From NCBI RefSeq assembly GCF_018350175.1, contig NC_058368.1, positions 71,302,001 through 71,366,000 of the forward strand: a DNA stretch of 64,000 nt, given 5' to 3'. A program made the translations under genes and the position numbers. How positions within the stretch are numbered: position 1 is the first letter of the stretch; the number at the start of each line of letters is the position of its first letter. The notes under the pieces are model-generated. The model saw only the letters and a program-made list of their open reading frames with translations. It was not told the origin of the DNA and ran no database searches. The stretch comes from Felis catus. Its lineage: Eukaryota. Positions 9,033-21,170 of the stretch are shown here, in pieces.

Positions 9033-12000
9033 GAAAATCATAATTTATCTCAAAAGTTAGGAAGTAGATATCTGTTCACATTTCATTTTAGGTTTTTCTA
9101 CTATAAATTGCAGATTATATTATGGCAAATATTTTGTGGCCCAGCAAATGAGGCCCTGCTCATGTAAAGCAAATATTTTGTTTATCTTGAGATCTAAATC
9201 ATTAGTTTATATGATAATTGTTTTCTTGACAAGCTTCTCAACTTTTCAGTCTTCCTGAGGCCCTGGTGAGCTTTAGATTGCCAAAGTCCAAATTTGTTGA
9301 CTGACCAATGAAGAAACCAGTAGTTTAGTACATAGTGTTTTATTTCCTTTCTTTTCTTTTTAGACAACCAGAGATCTTATTTTCACTCCTAGGAAATTGT
9401 TTGAAGTCCTGATGGCTTTTAAACGGGTCTCACAAATCTTAACCGAAGCTGACCACGTTGACAATCCATGTTTTGCACAATATTTTTTGTCGAGGAAGTG
9501 TAGAAATTTCGTGTTTGTCTTAGCTTTTCAGTCTCTGAGGTATTACAAGTGGTGACAGGGGCTGCTCTGTTACTGTTTTGCAGCTAGCCCTTTTAATTGA
9601 TGTTGAATTGTGGCTTTCTGTGCACACAGGGTTAAGTAAAAGGGCTGCAGTCATCCAGTGAGCGTTTTCCTTTAATGTGCTCATTAGTGGTGGTAAGTCC
9701 ACGTTTCAGCACATGTCAGTAATTTACATTTCCTTGCCGAGCGGCTGCCCTTGTTCAAGAGTTGTTCCTAAGCCTGATGAATATATATTGGGAATAAACA
9801 GAGTAGAAGAATTGAAAGCCAAATACCCTGCCAGGCCTTTCAGTTGGTTCTGAAGCTTCCAGTGGATCTCTGATTAGCAATGCATGAAGCAGGATGAAAA
9901 TGCAAAGATGAGGCCTACAAAAGTGGTCCCAGGTAGGCCATCCCCGTAAATCCCCTTTTTGTGACCACCTTTCCATTTCATCTTCCCCAGATTCTTCTTT
10001 CAAGGCAGGCTTTCTGTTAAAGTGAAAATACTCTGTTAGACCTAGGAAGTGAACAAAAAAGGATCAACCTGGTTCCTTTACTCCTTCTAACTATTAAGCC
10101 AAGTTTGATTGTTAGGCAATGAGTCCACAGAAGCAAAGGGCTTGATCGGCTTTGCTGCTCCTAGGGACCCCATTATTGTGATTGGGATCTCTGTGGTGAT
10201 TCCTTCTGGGATTCATTTTTCCCTCTTTGCCTGATTGGTACCAGCTTGTTCTGGCTTTTGATAGCTTGCGTAGATCATTAAAAGGTAATCTGTGGAAACT
10301 GTGGTCCGTGTTTCTGGACATAGGGACAGGACTCACGTTAATGTTGTCTTTGAAACTGGGTGTTGGGGAAAATCCAGAAGTTTTCTTTTTGTAGAAAAAT
10401 TTCATAGATTATAATAAGCATTTTCAGAACTCAGAGTTTTATTCCAAGTTACTTTGTGCATAGATGGAATAGCATTAGGAAACACCAGCCTAGCTATCTT
10501 TAGAAGATTAAAAATGTCCTAATTCTTTTTACGTTTTAAGTTTACTTTGGTGTGTTTGGAAATTTGCGTTGCAAGAATGTAGGTATTAATATTTCCTGTT
10601 GTGTGTGTGTGTTTAATCTCTGGCATCTGTTTATTTTGTGCTGCTTTCCAAAACATTGAATTTAAGAAGTTTTGTTCATACTTCATGGTTAGAACCAAAA
10701 GTGAATGAATTTGTGACTGATTATAGTATTAAAGGACATTGAAAAACATGAGAACTCAAGTCAGATTATTATTATTATTTTATGGTAAATTTCAGTTGGA
10801 TGTGATTTAGCTTTTGGATCATTTAAGCATGAAGGTAGGTTAAATACAGTTTGTTTATTAAGTCTTTTAGCTTTTTTTTTTTTATTAGCTAGAACTTTAG
10901 TAGAGGGGCAATATATTTTGGAATTTTTTTTTATAGGTAAGAAGGTAAAGATAAGAATCTTGAGAATATTAATTTAGTAATGTTCTGATCAGCATGTGCA
11001 GCCTTTGCAAAAATGTAACAATAAATTTACCTTCTAGATGACTACTTGAAACTATTCTTTCTGGATGCTTGCCAGATAAAGCCCCATGGGATTAAGTTCT
11101 GGAAAATCACTTGCAAATTTGTGGGGGATATCAGTGACTTTGAATATTTAACTGTCTAAACTGTCATCTACATGCATTCTATCTCTGAATTGGGTAAAAA
11201 AATTAGAAGTTTGTCAGCCAGTTAGAATTAAAGGTGACATCTGCTTTTAATTGGTGTTTTATTTTCTTCCAAGTCAGTAAAAATTCAGTAAGACATGAAT
11301 TATCAAATTTTGCAATGCTAAGCAACTTGTCAAGTGACAGTAAGCACTACCTTGAGCACTTGTACAGATGGGAAGTGTTAAAATGTTGATTAATCGGCCC
11401 AGTTCTGATTATGGTTTTAGAAGGTGAAAGCTTGTACAACCATTGCCAGCTTTCTAGTGTCAGAATAGTATTCATTTGTTAATTTTGTAGGCTTTTTTCA
11501 ATTATTGGCAAACTGCCTCTTCTGTAATGAGTGCATAAATAGTTTTAGAGATACTTTGTTAGTAGATTTAGGATCAGATAAGGAAATGTAGAATTCTTTG
11601 GTTTCTCAAGTCTATTCGTTATTTAGTAAACACCTTAGTTCAATTGTTTTTTTTTAGTAGAAAACAATTGAAAAAATCTAAAAGCGAGCTTAAGATGGTG
11701 TTCTTTTGTTCACACCCGTGATGTGTTGAGAAGGGTGTATCTGTTTGAAACCTTGCCTTGCTCCCCTGTTGAAAAAGAAAATTAGTTATTTCTGTTTTTA
11801 CCATTTCCAAATGATATTAAGGTATATAACGTAAAGATAAATCCATTCCTTCAAGGTGAGCATGTAAAAATAGCTCAAGACTTCAGACATTCTCAGAGCT
11901 AAAAAAGACCAAAGAAAATATTCCCATCATGCTGATTACATTTTAATTTTCTTGTTGAGCATAATACTAAGTGGTTTCCTTAAATAAAGTGTGTCTTTAA

Positions 12001-13399
12001 AAATTTCACTGTGAATGAGATTTCTCCCCCCCTACGTATTGTTAAATGGAGAGATTCTCTTCCCATTTGAATAGATTTATATGTTAGAGGTAGAATTCGG
12101 TCTTAAAAGTGATTAGGACTTGAAGTAACATTTCTTAGATTAGTTTCTTAATATTACCAGACTTCAGTTGAATTCAGGTCTTCTATTTTGTTGTCTACTC
12201 CTGAATATCTGATAAATGTTTTATGTAGTACCATATTTTCCTATCAGGAAACCATCAGGTTATTTAATCTGATTCATAACATTTGTCCTGTTCAGTTACT
12301 TAGATCTTGGGTAGATTTTATTTCAACGTAAAAAGTAGACAAGATGCTTACATAAATTTACTTAATAGTTTTACATATAGTTGATAAGTAACATCTTAAA
12401 CCCACGAGCCAAGTTCAGCAGTTCTCACATAGTTTTAGAAAACAGTTGAAAAATAGGAAACATAGATTTTCTAGCTTAACTCTGCAAAACATTTTGATGC
12501 CCGGTAACTTCAGGATTCATTGCCTCTGTACATTTTTCAAGTTATTTGCCTCTCAATGCATAAGGCTTTAATTTACCACCTACTGACAACCACCAAATGG
12601 GTTTTTCAGAACTTTGCAAGTGGACTGCTAGAGTTGTGCTTCGGCCCTGGTTTTGATTGCTGGCACAGAATCTCCTAAGATGCCCCAAACCTAGCAGGAC
12701 AGGAGGCTCTGTCAACATCTACTGGGAAAATGTTTTTACATTTTTTTCCAGATACAGAATTACTGTTTTCTACAAGATTTTTGCTTCTTTGAATCCTGTT
12801 TTAATGCCTGTTTATTTTAAGAAACAACTTAGACACAAGATAAAACAGCATTTTTTTTTCAGTTTGTTAATTTTTGTTTATATGTTTTTTTACCTTGATC
12901 TTTACAGAATAAAGTTAAATATGTGTACTTTGAAGTAATAATTCTTCTGTAAATAACTGATTTATGAGGTATAATTGATAAGTTGATAAAAACTGCTGTT
13001 GAATAATAGCTCATGTGCATTCTCTTAGAGATACTCAAAGGGACTTTCATGTTCCTTCTTCTATGCTTGCTGTGTTTCTAAGGAATAAGAGAAACGTTGA
13101 TAACTGTATTTTACTGAAAAGAAGGCTAAAACCTGAAGCTGGTATTTGAATTGGATCAGTAATTTACTTTTTTGGCCCTAAATGCTCTCATGATCTTTTA
13201 GGAAACTGAGATCATGGTAGGTTTGGCTGGTTAATCATTTCTGTGTTTTCAGCTCAGTTTGGTCTCACTAGTACTTTTTTTTTTTTTTTTTTGAATTCTT
13301 GATTCTCTTTGCCTGTAGCATGTGGTTCCTGTTGCTTAAATTACCAAGCTTTCTTTATCATGTGATCCTGTCACTCTATTGATAATTGATTGGATCAGG

Positions 13400-13860
13400 G
13401 ATTAGTATCTGACCCAAAGGCAGTCATCTATAGAAGGGTCATAGCTTAGGGTGTGTGTGGGGTGAGGTGGGATAGGGGTGAGTGTGGATGTGGATATGTG
13501 TGTGGTGGCGTGCAAAGAAGGTTGTGACATTTGAACTGAAATAGCTGAAAGATGAGAAGGAGTGGGCAGCGAGGGAAGCTCCACAGTAAGCCCTCTTCGG
13601 GCAGAGGGACTAGCAGGTGTAAATGTATTGAGGCAGGAATGAGATGAGCCTGCTGATGGAGAGAAAGAAGCTGGTGTGGTCGGAGAATAGTGCATGAGGA
13701 GGCACATGGTACAGTTTGGAAAGGTAGGCTCAGGGCAGATCAGTTGGACCTTTGTAATAAGCTGGGATTTTCATCTACATGGCACTGGGAAGCCACTAGG
13801 GGAATTAAAGCATGTGGTGACATAATGTGATGTACTTGTTTATTACTACAAGAAGAATGC
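13400..13860 (-). mobile_element. L2 fragment
   Basis: Purine-rich L2-like segment: gtgacatttgaactga..., gggaagccactaggggaattaaagcatg...gtgacataat. Confidence 0.55.
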
Positions 13861-14399
13861 ACATCAGATTGAAGAATATGATGATATGAGTAGAAAGATT
13901 TAAGCTACACACTCCTTTAGAAGTAGGTAAAGTCTCATACCTGCCCACCTGCAGATGCCCTCCTTAATTCCATCCTGTTCTCAGGATACAGCTCTCTGTG
14001 AAAACAAAACTGTCTTCTAATTTATACTTGTCAGTAAGTCCCACCCTTACCTTCAAATGTTTATCTAATACCAAGAATCATTCCTCTTCCCATAATGGTT
14101 TATTTCCCCAAGACCGGATTATTTGGTCTTGACGCTCCAGTAAGAGAGCCCATAGGAACCTTTGGTCTTCAATCCCAAGAGCAGTTAAGAGGTAGGTGTG
14201 GATATAAAGGGAATACATGGCAGTCTAGGTCAAGGTGGCTACTTGAAGTTCTGTCTCCTTTGATAAATTCCCACCAGTGTTAATTACTGATATGCTTCTT
14301 TGACTTTTTGTCTGGCTAGCAGGTGATGGTTATACCACACATGCATGCTTAAATGACTGCTTGTATATGGCAGGTATGCACCTGCACACGTATACACTC

Positions 14400-14780
14400 A
14401 CGTTGTAGTGGACCATTTGCTGGTACAACATCCCTTCTACTGTGGGTGAGTTATTTAAACCAGTTATGATCCCATTGTCTTCCCTGACAATTATTGATAT
14501 AGGGATAGATCAGTGAAGGCTTAAGCCAGTCTGGGTCAACGAAACATGATGAGAAGCTTTTCTGAGATTCCCAGGAGAGAATCTAGTGCTTAGGAGAGCA
14601 TTGGTGTTAAGGCTTTTTGCCCCTCCCCTTTTCTCCTCCCACACCTTTTGTGAGTGAGAGGGCTTGGTGCTGCTCGCGGCCATATTGCAACTATGAGGAT
14701 GTCCAGCTTAAGGACACAGTTGACTTACACAATGGTACAGATCCAAGAGAATGGCAGAGAGATCCAGAATTGTGTGATAT
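14400..14780. mobile_element. Old MaLR/ERVL LTR-like fragment
   Basis: tgtagtggacc... start and gccatattgcaactatgagga resemble ancient LTR families; identified by eye only. Confidence 0.35.
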
Positions 14781-15585
14781 GCTTTTAGAAAAATTTGTGT
14801 CTAAAAGTGTTGATGGAGGGTGTATTATTTTAAGACTATTTTTGCATTGGATTTGGGGACTGATAAAACACTCATTTATTAATATTTAATGAAAATTATA
14901 GAAACCCAGAGGTTAAAGCATTAATCTTCACTTATTGGGGAACCTGTCTCAGGGCTGTGAGTTGCTTTAATGTTGTTGCCAGAACTATCTGCATATCATA
15001 TGTGTGTGTGTTAAGGGATCCAAGAGGTGGAAGATAGGTAGGCTTGAGAAAAGTATTAGAAGCAGATTAGCAAGATGTTAGCTCTTCTTTGTGGTTTTGC
15101 TTCTTCAAAATCTTTCTGCTTGCCTGTTTACTTTCACCTGCTGCTTCTCTGCTCTCGTGGCCCTGGTGGAACATGCAAATTCATAGCCCCTGAGCTTATA
15201 TATTTTAGGGCTGGCATCCTGAAAAGAGGAGAGCCCCTTTTTTCTTTCTGTCGTCATTCCTAGGAAAGGGACTATGATAGATGTAGTTTGGGTTAGCTGC
15301 TTTTTGCTCTAATCATCTCTGTTCAGGGGGCAAGATCACATCATTCAAAAGGGCTGCAGTTGAGGGGTCTTTGGCTGTGGTTGGGAAAAGGGACAGTTCA
15401 GGAAAGTTGTGAGCTGGCTAACTCTGCCACAAAATGTCTGTTACACCCTCTTATCATAGGGCAGTGTGATCATTGCAGCAGAGTATATGTGGTGTAGGTA
15501 TTGCATGAAAGTAGTAGTTAATTCTGGTAGGTTTGGGATTGGGTATAGTTGGAGAGAAAATTGTCACACTTTATGTAAGAGGTAG

Positions 15586-15625
15586 GTGTGTGTGTGTTTG
15601 TGTGTGTGTGTGTGTTTGTGTGTTT
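15586..15625. repeat. Imperfect (TG)n microsatellite
   Basis: gtgtgtgtgtgtttgtgtgtgtgtgtgtgtttgtgtgtttg. Confidence 0.85.
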
Positions 15626-15857
15626 GAAATGATTACTTAAGAGATTTTGTATTTGTGTAGTCAATTCCCTAGGAATTGATACCTATTCTAAAAGCTCTGT
15701 GCCCTTATAAAGCTGTGTTTCATCATTGTAGCTTTTTCAGAGTTATGAAGTACACATGGAGAAAAAAATCATGGACTTTTTGAGCCAGGAGAAATTGAGA
15801 GCTTAACTAATTTGATTCCTTGATGGGGCAGATGCTGGTGAATACAAAATTGAAGAA

Positions 15858-16080
15858 GGGGCGCCTGGGTGGCTCAGTCGGTTAAACGTCCGACTTCAGC
15901 TCAGGTCACGATCTCGCGGTCCGTGAGTTCGAGCCCTGCGTCGGGCTCTGGGCTGATGGCTCGGAGCCTGGAGCCTGCTTCCGATTCTGTGTCTCCCTCT
16001 CTCTCTGCCCCTCCCCCATTCATGCTCTGTCTCTCTCTGTCTCAAAAATAAATAAAACGTTAAAAAAAAAATTTAAAAAA
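15858..16080 (+). mobile_element. Young SINEC_Fc copy
   Basis: CpG-rich full-length copy; TSD aaaattgaa(g/a)aa. Confidence 0.92.
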
Positions 16081-16319
16081 AATTGAAAAAGGTTCACTGC
16101 CCTGAAGAGGTTGATTGGGGAGAGATGTGGCGGGGAGGAGAGTGTGGTAGATGGCCTCTTGGGAAAGTCAGATGATACGATTACTTTTGACCGGGAATAG
16201 TGTCGTGGAAAGTCCCATGAAGAAGGTGGCTTTTGGACGAGGCCTTGGAGACAGGCAGTATTTAGATAAGACGGTAGAGGAGAAGCACAGACCTACAAAA
16301 GGGGTCTCTCTTCGAAATA

Positions 16320-16786
16320 AGCTTGGAATCTGACCACTTCTCAGCACTCCCCATGCTGCCGTCTAGTCTGGTCACCAGGGCCTCTCCTCTGCATCGTTGC
16401 TTTGGCTTCCTTCTTGCTCTCCAGGTTTCCATCCTTACCTCCCTCAAGAGTATTCACAAAACCCAGTCAAAGTGATCTGTCAACATGTAAGTCCGATATC
16501 AAAGCATTTCTTGGCTAAAAACCAAGCCACGAAATACCTTTAATAGCTTCCAGTTTCATTCAGAATCAGAGCCAAAGTCCTTTAAGACTCCCCCTGACCT
16601 CCCTGCACTGTTCTGACCTAATTATTTTACTCTTTCTTGCTTCCTTTGTTTTAGTTCTTCTTTGAGCTAACATATGCTTACAACCTCAGGGCATTTTCAC
16701 TTGCTAGTGTCTTTGCTTGGAACACTGTCCCTCCAGATAGATCTTTTTTTTTTTTTTTCTTTTTTAAGTTTTTATTTATATATTTT

Positions 16787-16818
<32 letters not shown>

Positions 16819-17250
16819 GCAAGTTTGGGAGGGGCAGAGAGAGAGGGAGAGAGAGAGAATCCCAAGCAGACTGCACTGTCAGCACAGAACCTGAGGCGGG
16901 GCTCAAATCACAAACCTTGAAATTGTGACCTGAGCTGAAATCAAGATTTGGATGCATAACCGACTGAGCCACCCAGGCACCCCCAAATAGATCTTCTTTA
17001 GGCCATTATCTAAAGTCATCTTCTCAAAGATGCCTACCCTAACTTTACTAATTAAAATTGTAGGTTACCATTCCCCACCTCACACTCTTAATTCCCGTTT
17101 CCCAATTTATTTTTCTCCAAAATATGTATTGGTGCCTGATAGATACTTAGTAACCTACACAACCACAGGAGTTTTGTTTTGATCATTACTATTCCCTCAT
17201 GTACCTAGAACTGTATCTGGCTCATATATATTTGTTTGATGAATAAGAGG
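16320..17250 (+). mobile_element. L2 3' fragment interrupted by a SINE
   Basis: gaatctgaccacttctc..., cctcagggcattttcacttgct, and the L2 3' end acctagaac...atatttgtttgatgaat. Confidence 0.6.
16745..16984 (-). mobile_element. Can-SINE
   Basis: Long polyT, (GA)n(GCGA)n tract; TSD atagatctt. Confidence 0.9.
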
Positions 17251-17424
17251 TGGATTGTCTACCTTTGGGCCATTCATGGAAGAGATTTGATGCCCTAAAT
17301 TCCCTTGTAAGTAGATAGATATTTATAAATGCAGAAAACACATGTAAGGCATCTCTGCAGGATGATTCAGCTGGTGCTCATAATTATAGTGACTGGACTT
17401 TTAAACCTTTTGTCATATAAGCTT

Positions 17425-17720
17425 GTGTTTGGTAAACTTCATCTGTAAAGGACTGATAACAAATGTTTTAGACTTTGCAGGCCATACTGTCACAGCTGAT
17501 CAACTCGGTTGTCACCACACAACTCTGCAGTTGCAGTGTGAAAGTGGCCCTAGACCACAGGAAATGCATGGGTATGGTTGTATTCTAATAAAACTTTATT
17601 TATGGACACTACAATTAGAGTTTTATAGAATTTAACATGTCATGAAGTTTTTTGTCTCCAGTTACTTAAAAATTTCCCTTTTTAGTTGGACAGAAATGGA
17701 CTACTCTGTGGTCTGTTTGA
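17425..17720. mobile_element. MER58-like hAT-Charlie MITE
   Basis: ttggtaaac..tctgtaaagg...ctttgcaggccata...taataaaactttatttatggacact; similar to 28410-28695. Confidence 0.65.
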
Positions 17721-18972
17721 AACAGCTGTATATCTCTGCAAATATATTTAGTCTACTATATATTTCACTCTCGTGCTGGTAAGCACTTATGTAGTTGTGG
17801 CCATTGGAAAGAGACTCTGGGCGGATCAAAAAGTATATGGTACAGTTATTTCTACTAAATGGATGCGGAGTGTAGAATAATAGGGAAAATAAAAAAGTAA
17901 GGATAATATAGAAGTAATCTTAGAATGTGTTGTTTAATTTGAATGTGTAGGGCCTAGTAATCATTTTCAGTAACATTTGATGTACATTCTCATCAGCTGA
18001 GAATGTGAACAATGAATTCAGAAATGCTGTGGAGGAATTATTTTCAGAACTAAAAATCTTCCGTGTATTGAGAATTAATTGCATTGATAAAATATATGTA
18101 AAATATAGTAGCTTATATAAATATTAATGTTAGATTTATAACATGTCTGGTCTTCCCAAAAGATTTGAATTATGCTCTCAAAGAGGCCAGGGATTTATGC
18201 TCCCAGCCCCAAATAGAGTTGTGCAGGATCTGGCTGCCTGATAGATGTGGAATTCGGACATCAGAAGCACCACTCTGTGGGTGCTTAATACATTCATACT
18301 GGTTGATTGTTAATGCTTAAATGTATGGATTAAGTATTTTCTGTGATGAAAAAATTGGAGAAAGTAGGTAAGCATGTAAGGAGGAACCAGAATTATGTCT
18401 TAGCACATTGCGGCTAATGTGGAGAAAAGGAATTCTTGGAAATAAAAGTCAAATGGTATGTGTGATAGAAATGAGGTTTTGGGGCAGATACAGGGATTAA
18501 TGCTAATTTTAGTCTGTTTGTTTTCATGAAGCTGACCACAAGGTGGGGATATATTTTGTGTAGTCTCTGGATGACCTGTGACATCATTCCAAGTTGTTAC
18601 AATAGAAGACTTAACATTATTTTAAATAACTTCTTTCTATTTTATTTAGAAATTTACAGATGGGTCAGTTTGAAACAATTATTTTGAAGATATATCTTGA
18701 ATATTTAGTAGTGTAAGCAATGATTATAATTTTTCCTCCCAATAGTGTAAGTTCTTATTTTAAGCCCTTAAAGTTACACCTGTCCAACCTAAGGTAATTT
18801 CTGTGCTGTTCTCTCATTAAAAAAAAAAAAAAAAAATCCTCCAAATCAATTTACACATGGTCAATTTGAAAATTCTTTAATTTCTTATGGATTGGATAGT
18901 CCTATTGGAAAAGGACTGGATTTCTTGAGGGCTCTATTAAAGGTAACCTAAAGAAGACAGGAGACTGTATTT

Positions 18973-19180
18973 AAAATTTTTTTTGTTTTTTAACGTTTAT
19001 TATTGAGAGACAGCGCGAGCAGGGGAGGGGCAGAGGGAGAGGGAGACACAGAATCTGAAGCAGGCTCCAGGCTCTGAGCTGTCAGCACAGAGCCTGATGT
19101 GGGGCTCGAACTCATGAACTGCGAGATCATGACCTGAGCTGAAGTCAGAGGTTTAACCGACTGAGCCACCCAGGTGCCCC
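18973..19180 (-). mobile_element. Can-SINE
   Basis: Exact TSD AGGAGACTGTATTT (18959-18972 / 19181-19194). Confidence 0.92.
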
Positions 19181-19529
19181 AGGAGACTGTATTTTAAATC
19201 AGTTGCATTTCATGAGGCGTTGGCCTTTATTTCTTGGTAGTTCTTAACTAGGGTCTAGCCTCCTCTTATAATAGCTGAAAATTGCTGGTGGCTGATTACT
19301 CTTTTGTCTTCAGAGCACCATTTTCTGATTGGTGTGGTGAGTGGACTTTTAGGTTCTCTGGAAATGCCTCGGCATGCCATCCCACCTCGTGGATTTTATC
19401 TTTGATGGCAGTTTATATGTTCTGCTGACTTGTCTGTCACATTCTCTCTGTTCACCTTCTTGTGCAGATATTGAAACCAAGAATTTAAAAGACTTTTGCA
19501 GTGTATTTATAATTACATAGTATTATTAT

Positions 19530-19749
19530 TAAAAAAATTTTTTTAATGTTTGTTTATATTTGGAGAGAGGAGAGAGAGCCAAGAGTGCAAGCAGCAGAGG
19601 GGCAGAGAGAGAGGGAGACAGGATCCAAAACCGGCTGCAGGCTCTGAGCTGTCAGCACAAAGCCTGACGCAGGGCTTGAACTCCTGAACTGCAAGGTCGT
19701 AACCTGAGCCAAAGTCGAACGCTTCACCAACTGAGCCACCCAAGCACCC
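19530..19749 (-). mobile_element. Can-SINE
   Basis: TSD ataattacatag(t/c)attatta. Confidence 0.9.
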
Positions 19750-20979
19750 ATAATTACATAGCATTATTAAACCAGAGTTGAAGTCTTTGGTCAAGTAGAG
19801 TAACTCCAGTGTCAAAATTGAGCTGCTAAAACAGAATAACTTCCTAAACCATATTGCTTTATAGCATGAACAGTAGTACTCCAAAAACACCTTTTCTGTT
19901 TTGGAAGTGAAATATTGAAGGTAATAATAACTGTTTAAAATCTGTCAGAAGTATTTCACAGTACATGACAGTAAAGATTATATAGGTAATGTGAGGTTTC
20001 AAATGCAGAGTAGTTTATCACAAGAAATTATATGATTGGTTTGGTATCTGATTTACTGAAGACATTTCCAGGCCCAGGTAAGAATATCCCCTCTGGAGTC
20101 TCCCCCTGGTTGTCCTACTAACAAGCCACTAATGGGCAGAATGAATCTCACTGTGCTTGTAACCAAACCTGCTTTTTGGTTCCGAATTTCAGTTGAGTTT
20201 TATGGTCTGAAAAGCCTTATAGTCATCTTTGGCTCTTCCCCTCCCTTACCCTTCCTAATGTATTCATTCCCCCTAAATCTGTGGCCAGGCCTCCTGTTAG
20301 TATCACTGCAGCTTTTCTGACCTCTTTCCTCCTGCTAGATGCCACCGCTGTTCCAGTACCTCCTCACTTCCTCCTTTTCATCTGGGCCACTGATCTCTTC
20401 ACCTCAGTCTTTCCTCCTTGGAGCCGTCTCAATACCGCTGCCATGCTCATCTTCCTGAAGTGTTTCGGAACTCTCTAGTGGCTCACCGTTGTCTGGAAGG
20501 CTGTGTTCCTCAAGCAGTAGTTCGCGATTCTTTTCTTTTAGTCTTCCAGCACCGTTTGTGCTTCCCTTCTCTGGCATTTCCGTTACCAAAGGCTACCTTA
20601 CTGCTGTATTGTGACAGTCATTTCAAAGAAATTTTGTCTGTGTAACATCTTTTCCTCCTTGAGAATAGTGTCTTGCTCTTTTTTTGGAAGATTGCTTGCC
20701 TCTACTTGAGTCACATGTTGGGAGGGCAAGCAAGTATTCAAGCAAGCAGTGTTTTTGGCCAAGGGGAAGGAGCCAGTTGAGAGGAAGCGATGAAAGGTGT
20801 GGGGAAGAGGTAGGTTAGCCTCTTCAGGAAGGGTCTGAGTTAGTTAGGGCTAAGGGGCTAACAGCAGTATTCCTGTCTCAGGAACAAGGCTCCATGAATG
20901 CGTCAGACATGGGCACGCAGGAAGGCAGGCGGAGTGTCCTCACCAGCCAACTGACTTCAAAGTCTTTCTTGCTTACATA

Positions 20980-21170
20980 GCAGCTTACTGTGGGTCCCCT
21001 CTGCTCTGTGTGCCTTACATGTATCAATCCATTGAATCCTTACAGGTTCAGAAATAGGCACAGAGTGATTAAGTAACTTGTCAGTGGCCAACCAGGTAGT
21101 TTATGGTAGAATTGGAGTTGAGGCAGGCACCACAGTCCCTGCTTTTAACTATTAAACTTTGCTGCTCCTA
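20980..21170 (-). mobile_element. MIR fragment
   Basis: gaaataggcacagagtgattaagtaacttgtc...ggtagaattggagttg core. Confidence 0.6.

Noticed and set aside
14900..15460. Possible ancient ERVL LTR
   Set aside because: Resemblance too weak to assign by eye; needs a Dfam search.
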